Position numbers and translations under genes: made by a program. Under the pieces are notes generated by a model that ran no database searches, was not told where the DNA came from, and worked only from the letters and a program-made list of their open reading frames with translations. From Squalus acanthias (lineage: Eukaryota), in the NCBI GenBank assembly GCA_030390025.1, contig CM059433.1, forward strand, positions 9,364,001 through 9,428,000: a stretch of DNA of 64,000 bases, in the 5' to 3' direction. This document shows, piece by piece, positions 61,286-64,000 of the stretch. Numbering within the stretch: the stretch's first letter is position 1; each line of letters opens with the position of its first letter.

Positions 61286-62084
61286 GTAAAGTTTACCCAA
61301 TGACTTTGTGAAGTGTCAGAGTGTTTATAAGCTGCATATTATTCCTCAGGCTTAATGGAGATTGGGGCAATCTGGAATGTCTATTTGTGTGTGCCTTCCT
61401 GGACCGCAGATGAATCGTTTTGGGGCTGCTGTCTTCAATGCATTCCAACTGTATCATTGCGAGTTTAGTGCCAGGTTAATTACTTTGTAAAGTGTCTTAA
61501 AGTAAAGTGTGGTGTGGAATAGTACCTTTATTAATCTGGCTCCAACTCCGCTGTTAACCTTTTCCATTAACAGGTTTTTATAGAACATCTTGTTCACAGT
61601 TACTTGGGATAGAGAGAGGCAGGAGAGAGATGAAAATGCTCTAGTTGGATCCAGTATATGGACCTCATTGATGGGTCGAGCTAGATGGAACTGTATGGGA
61701 TTTATCACTCCATTCCTTTTATTCTTATATTTTTCCAAAGGAGTTTATTGATCTATCCATATCACTAAGCATTTGTATCCTTTTTAATGTGTGTTTTGTG
61801 CCATCCAGTGCTTTATTTTTTTTAATACTTACTTTTCAAGCCTGAATTGCTTGGCTGAAGCCATCTTCGAACCACTAGTAATGTTTAATATTTTGCACTT
61901 CCGAATCCTAGGTATCCTCTTGCTCAATTTTTGGTTATTTCTTGAGGCTTTTGGTCTGTTTACAATCCTGAGGGGTTGTGGGGGGAAATCAGCTAATGGC
62001 AGTTAGAACCACGAGCAAATGTTTACTACAGTTAGAAAAGGTTCAAACTCGTTATGGGATTTGTATCTTAATCGATATTGACAT

Positions 62085-62700
62085 TGGCCTCGATATTAAC
62101 CCCCTTCCCCCCACAACGGGCGGGAGAGGTTCGCGGGAGGGTTAAATACTTGAATACGGGGAACGCGTCCCCAGCCTGCCGCACATCCACAGCCACCTTT
62201 TTAATGGCGGTGGCTATCGGGACGTCCGAGTGTCCCGCCGCTCCACGGTGGGACACTGAATTAACATATTTAAATTGGGCTCCCACAGTGCAATTGGGAG
62301 CTTGATTTAAAATTCACTGTTGCTGCCCGGGTTTCCCAGGGTTCGGGAAACCTGGCAGCGAAAGGGAGGCAGGAGCTGCCGGCTTCACAAGGCAAGTGTC
62401 TTTTTCAGCACTACCTGTGGACCAGAAGGAGCAGGCGTTCCCTCCCCCCGGCCCCTCAAGGAAGCCCTCGGCCTCCCTTTGCTGATCACGGCCTCTCTCT
62501 CCCCCATCCCAGTCACCAACCACCCTCCACCCAGCCCTGATCGCCGACATTCCCCCCTCTGAATTGTCGGGGACCGTCCCCAAGGGTCCCGAGCTGTGGC
62601 CTCCTGCCGCTAGTGTACCCGCCTGGCCATGCTGTCAATTTAGCCAGCTTCTGGATGGGAAAGGGAACAAGAAAATGTTAATGAGGTCCTGCCATTAAGT
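62085..62700. mobile_element. Degraded GC-rich MITE related to 13330-14752
   Basis: Shared interior GGGAAACCTGGCAG..AAAGGG in the opposite orientation. Confidence 0.5.
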
Positions 62701-62714
62701 TGGGCTGGGTATAG

Positions 62715-64000
62715 AAAGCACAGAGGAGATCTACAAAATGGAATAGGAGGGACAAAGAGAGAGTATGAGGATAGATTAGCGGCTAACATAAAAGGGAACT
62801 CAAATGTCTTTTATGAACACGTAAATAGTAAAAAGGTAGTCAAAGGAAGGGTGGGGCCAATTAGGGACCAAAAAGGTGATCTTCTCATGGAGGCAGAGGG
62901 CATGGCTGAGGTACTAAATAAGTACTTTGCACCTGTCTTCATTAGAGAAGAGGAAGCTGCCACTGTAGCAGTAAAGGAGGAGGCAGTAGCGATATTGGGT
63001 AGGATAAAAATAGATAAAGAGGATGTACTTGAAAGTTTGACGGTCCTCAAAGTAGAAAAGTCGCCCGGTCCGGATGGGACGCGTCCCGGCTTACTGAGGG
63101 AAGTAAGGGTGGAAATTGCGGCGGCTCTGGCTACAATCTTCCAATCCTCCTTGGCTATGGGGGTGGTGCCAGTGGACTGGAGGATTGCAAATGTTACACC
63201 CGTTTAAGAAAATAAAAGGGTGAGAGGGATAAACCTGACAACTACAGAACAGTTAGCCTAAAGTCGGTGGTGGGGAATCTTTTAGATACAATAATCTAGG
63301 ACAAAATTAATTGGCATTTGCAAAATACAGGCTAAAGGTCAGCACAAATTTATTAAAGGCAAATCGTGTTTGACCAACTTGATCAGGTAGTGTGGTTGGT
63401 GTTGTGTATATGGACTTTCAAAAGGCGCTTGACAAAGTACCACATAATAGACTTGTTAGCAAAATTAAAGCCCATGGGATCAAAGGGACAAAACTGGCCA
63501 AGGGACAGAAAGCAGAGAGGTGGTGAACGGTTGTTTTTCAGACTGGAGGAAGGCATACGGTGATGTACCCCAGGGGTCTTTTCGATATATATTGATGACC
63601 TGGACTTGGGTATACAGGGCATAGTTTCAAAGTTTGCAGATGATATGAAACTCAGAAATGTAGTAAACAATGAGAAGCATAGTAACAGACTTCAGGAGAA
63701 CACAGACTGGTGAAATGGGCAGACACATGGCAGATGAAATTTAATGCAGGGAAGTGTGCAGTGATACATTTTGGTAGGAAGAATAAGGAGAATATGAATT
63801 AAATGGGACAATTTTAAAGGGGGTGCAGGAACAGAGAGACCTGGGGCTATATGTACACAAATCTTTGAAGGTGGTAGAACAAGCTGAGAAGGCTGTTAAA
63901 AAAAAACATATGGGCTCCTTGGCTTTATTAATAGAGGCACAGAATACAAAAGCAAGGAAGTTATGCTCAACCTTTATAAATCACTGGTTAGGCCTCAGCT
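62715..64000 (+). mobile_element. Degraded CR1 ORF2, runs off the window
   Basis: LNKYFAPVF, KSPGPDG, VPVDWRIANVTP, AAGTTTGCAGATGAT (KFADD). Confidence 0.9.

Overview
Eukaryotic, transposon-saturated vertebrate DNA. The repeat spectrum (CR1, L2, RTE, Penelope, Harbinger, Mag-type Gypsy, Deu-domain SINE) suggests a cartilaginous fish, but that is an inference. No prokaryotic operons, CRISPR arrays, rRNA or true tRNA genes were seen. Host-gene content: (i) two spliceable exons of viperin/RSAD2 (12988-13149, 17894-18123) with substitutions at normally conserved positions and no other RSAD2 exons recognisable in the window; (ii) a phase-consistent chain of small + strand exons (about 33.4-61.3 kb) of an unidentified gene, with one in-frame TGA and a tandemly duplicated, frameshifted exon. 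Mobile content: a full-length but decayed two-gene PIF/Harbinger transposon (401-5677) whose Myb/SANT gene is split by a 1126-bp retrovirus-like solo LTR; many Harbinger-type MITEs with 3-bp TSDs; two families of Penelope-like elements carrying minimal hammerhead ribozyme motifs; two partial Mag-type Gypsy copies; many nested LINE/SINE fragments. I did not find a convincing new biological system. The best leads are the orphan viperin exons, the hammerhead motifs, the solo LTR, the unidentified gene and several insertion hot-spots. All coordinates were read by eye; ends of degraded repeats are approximate.
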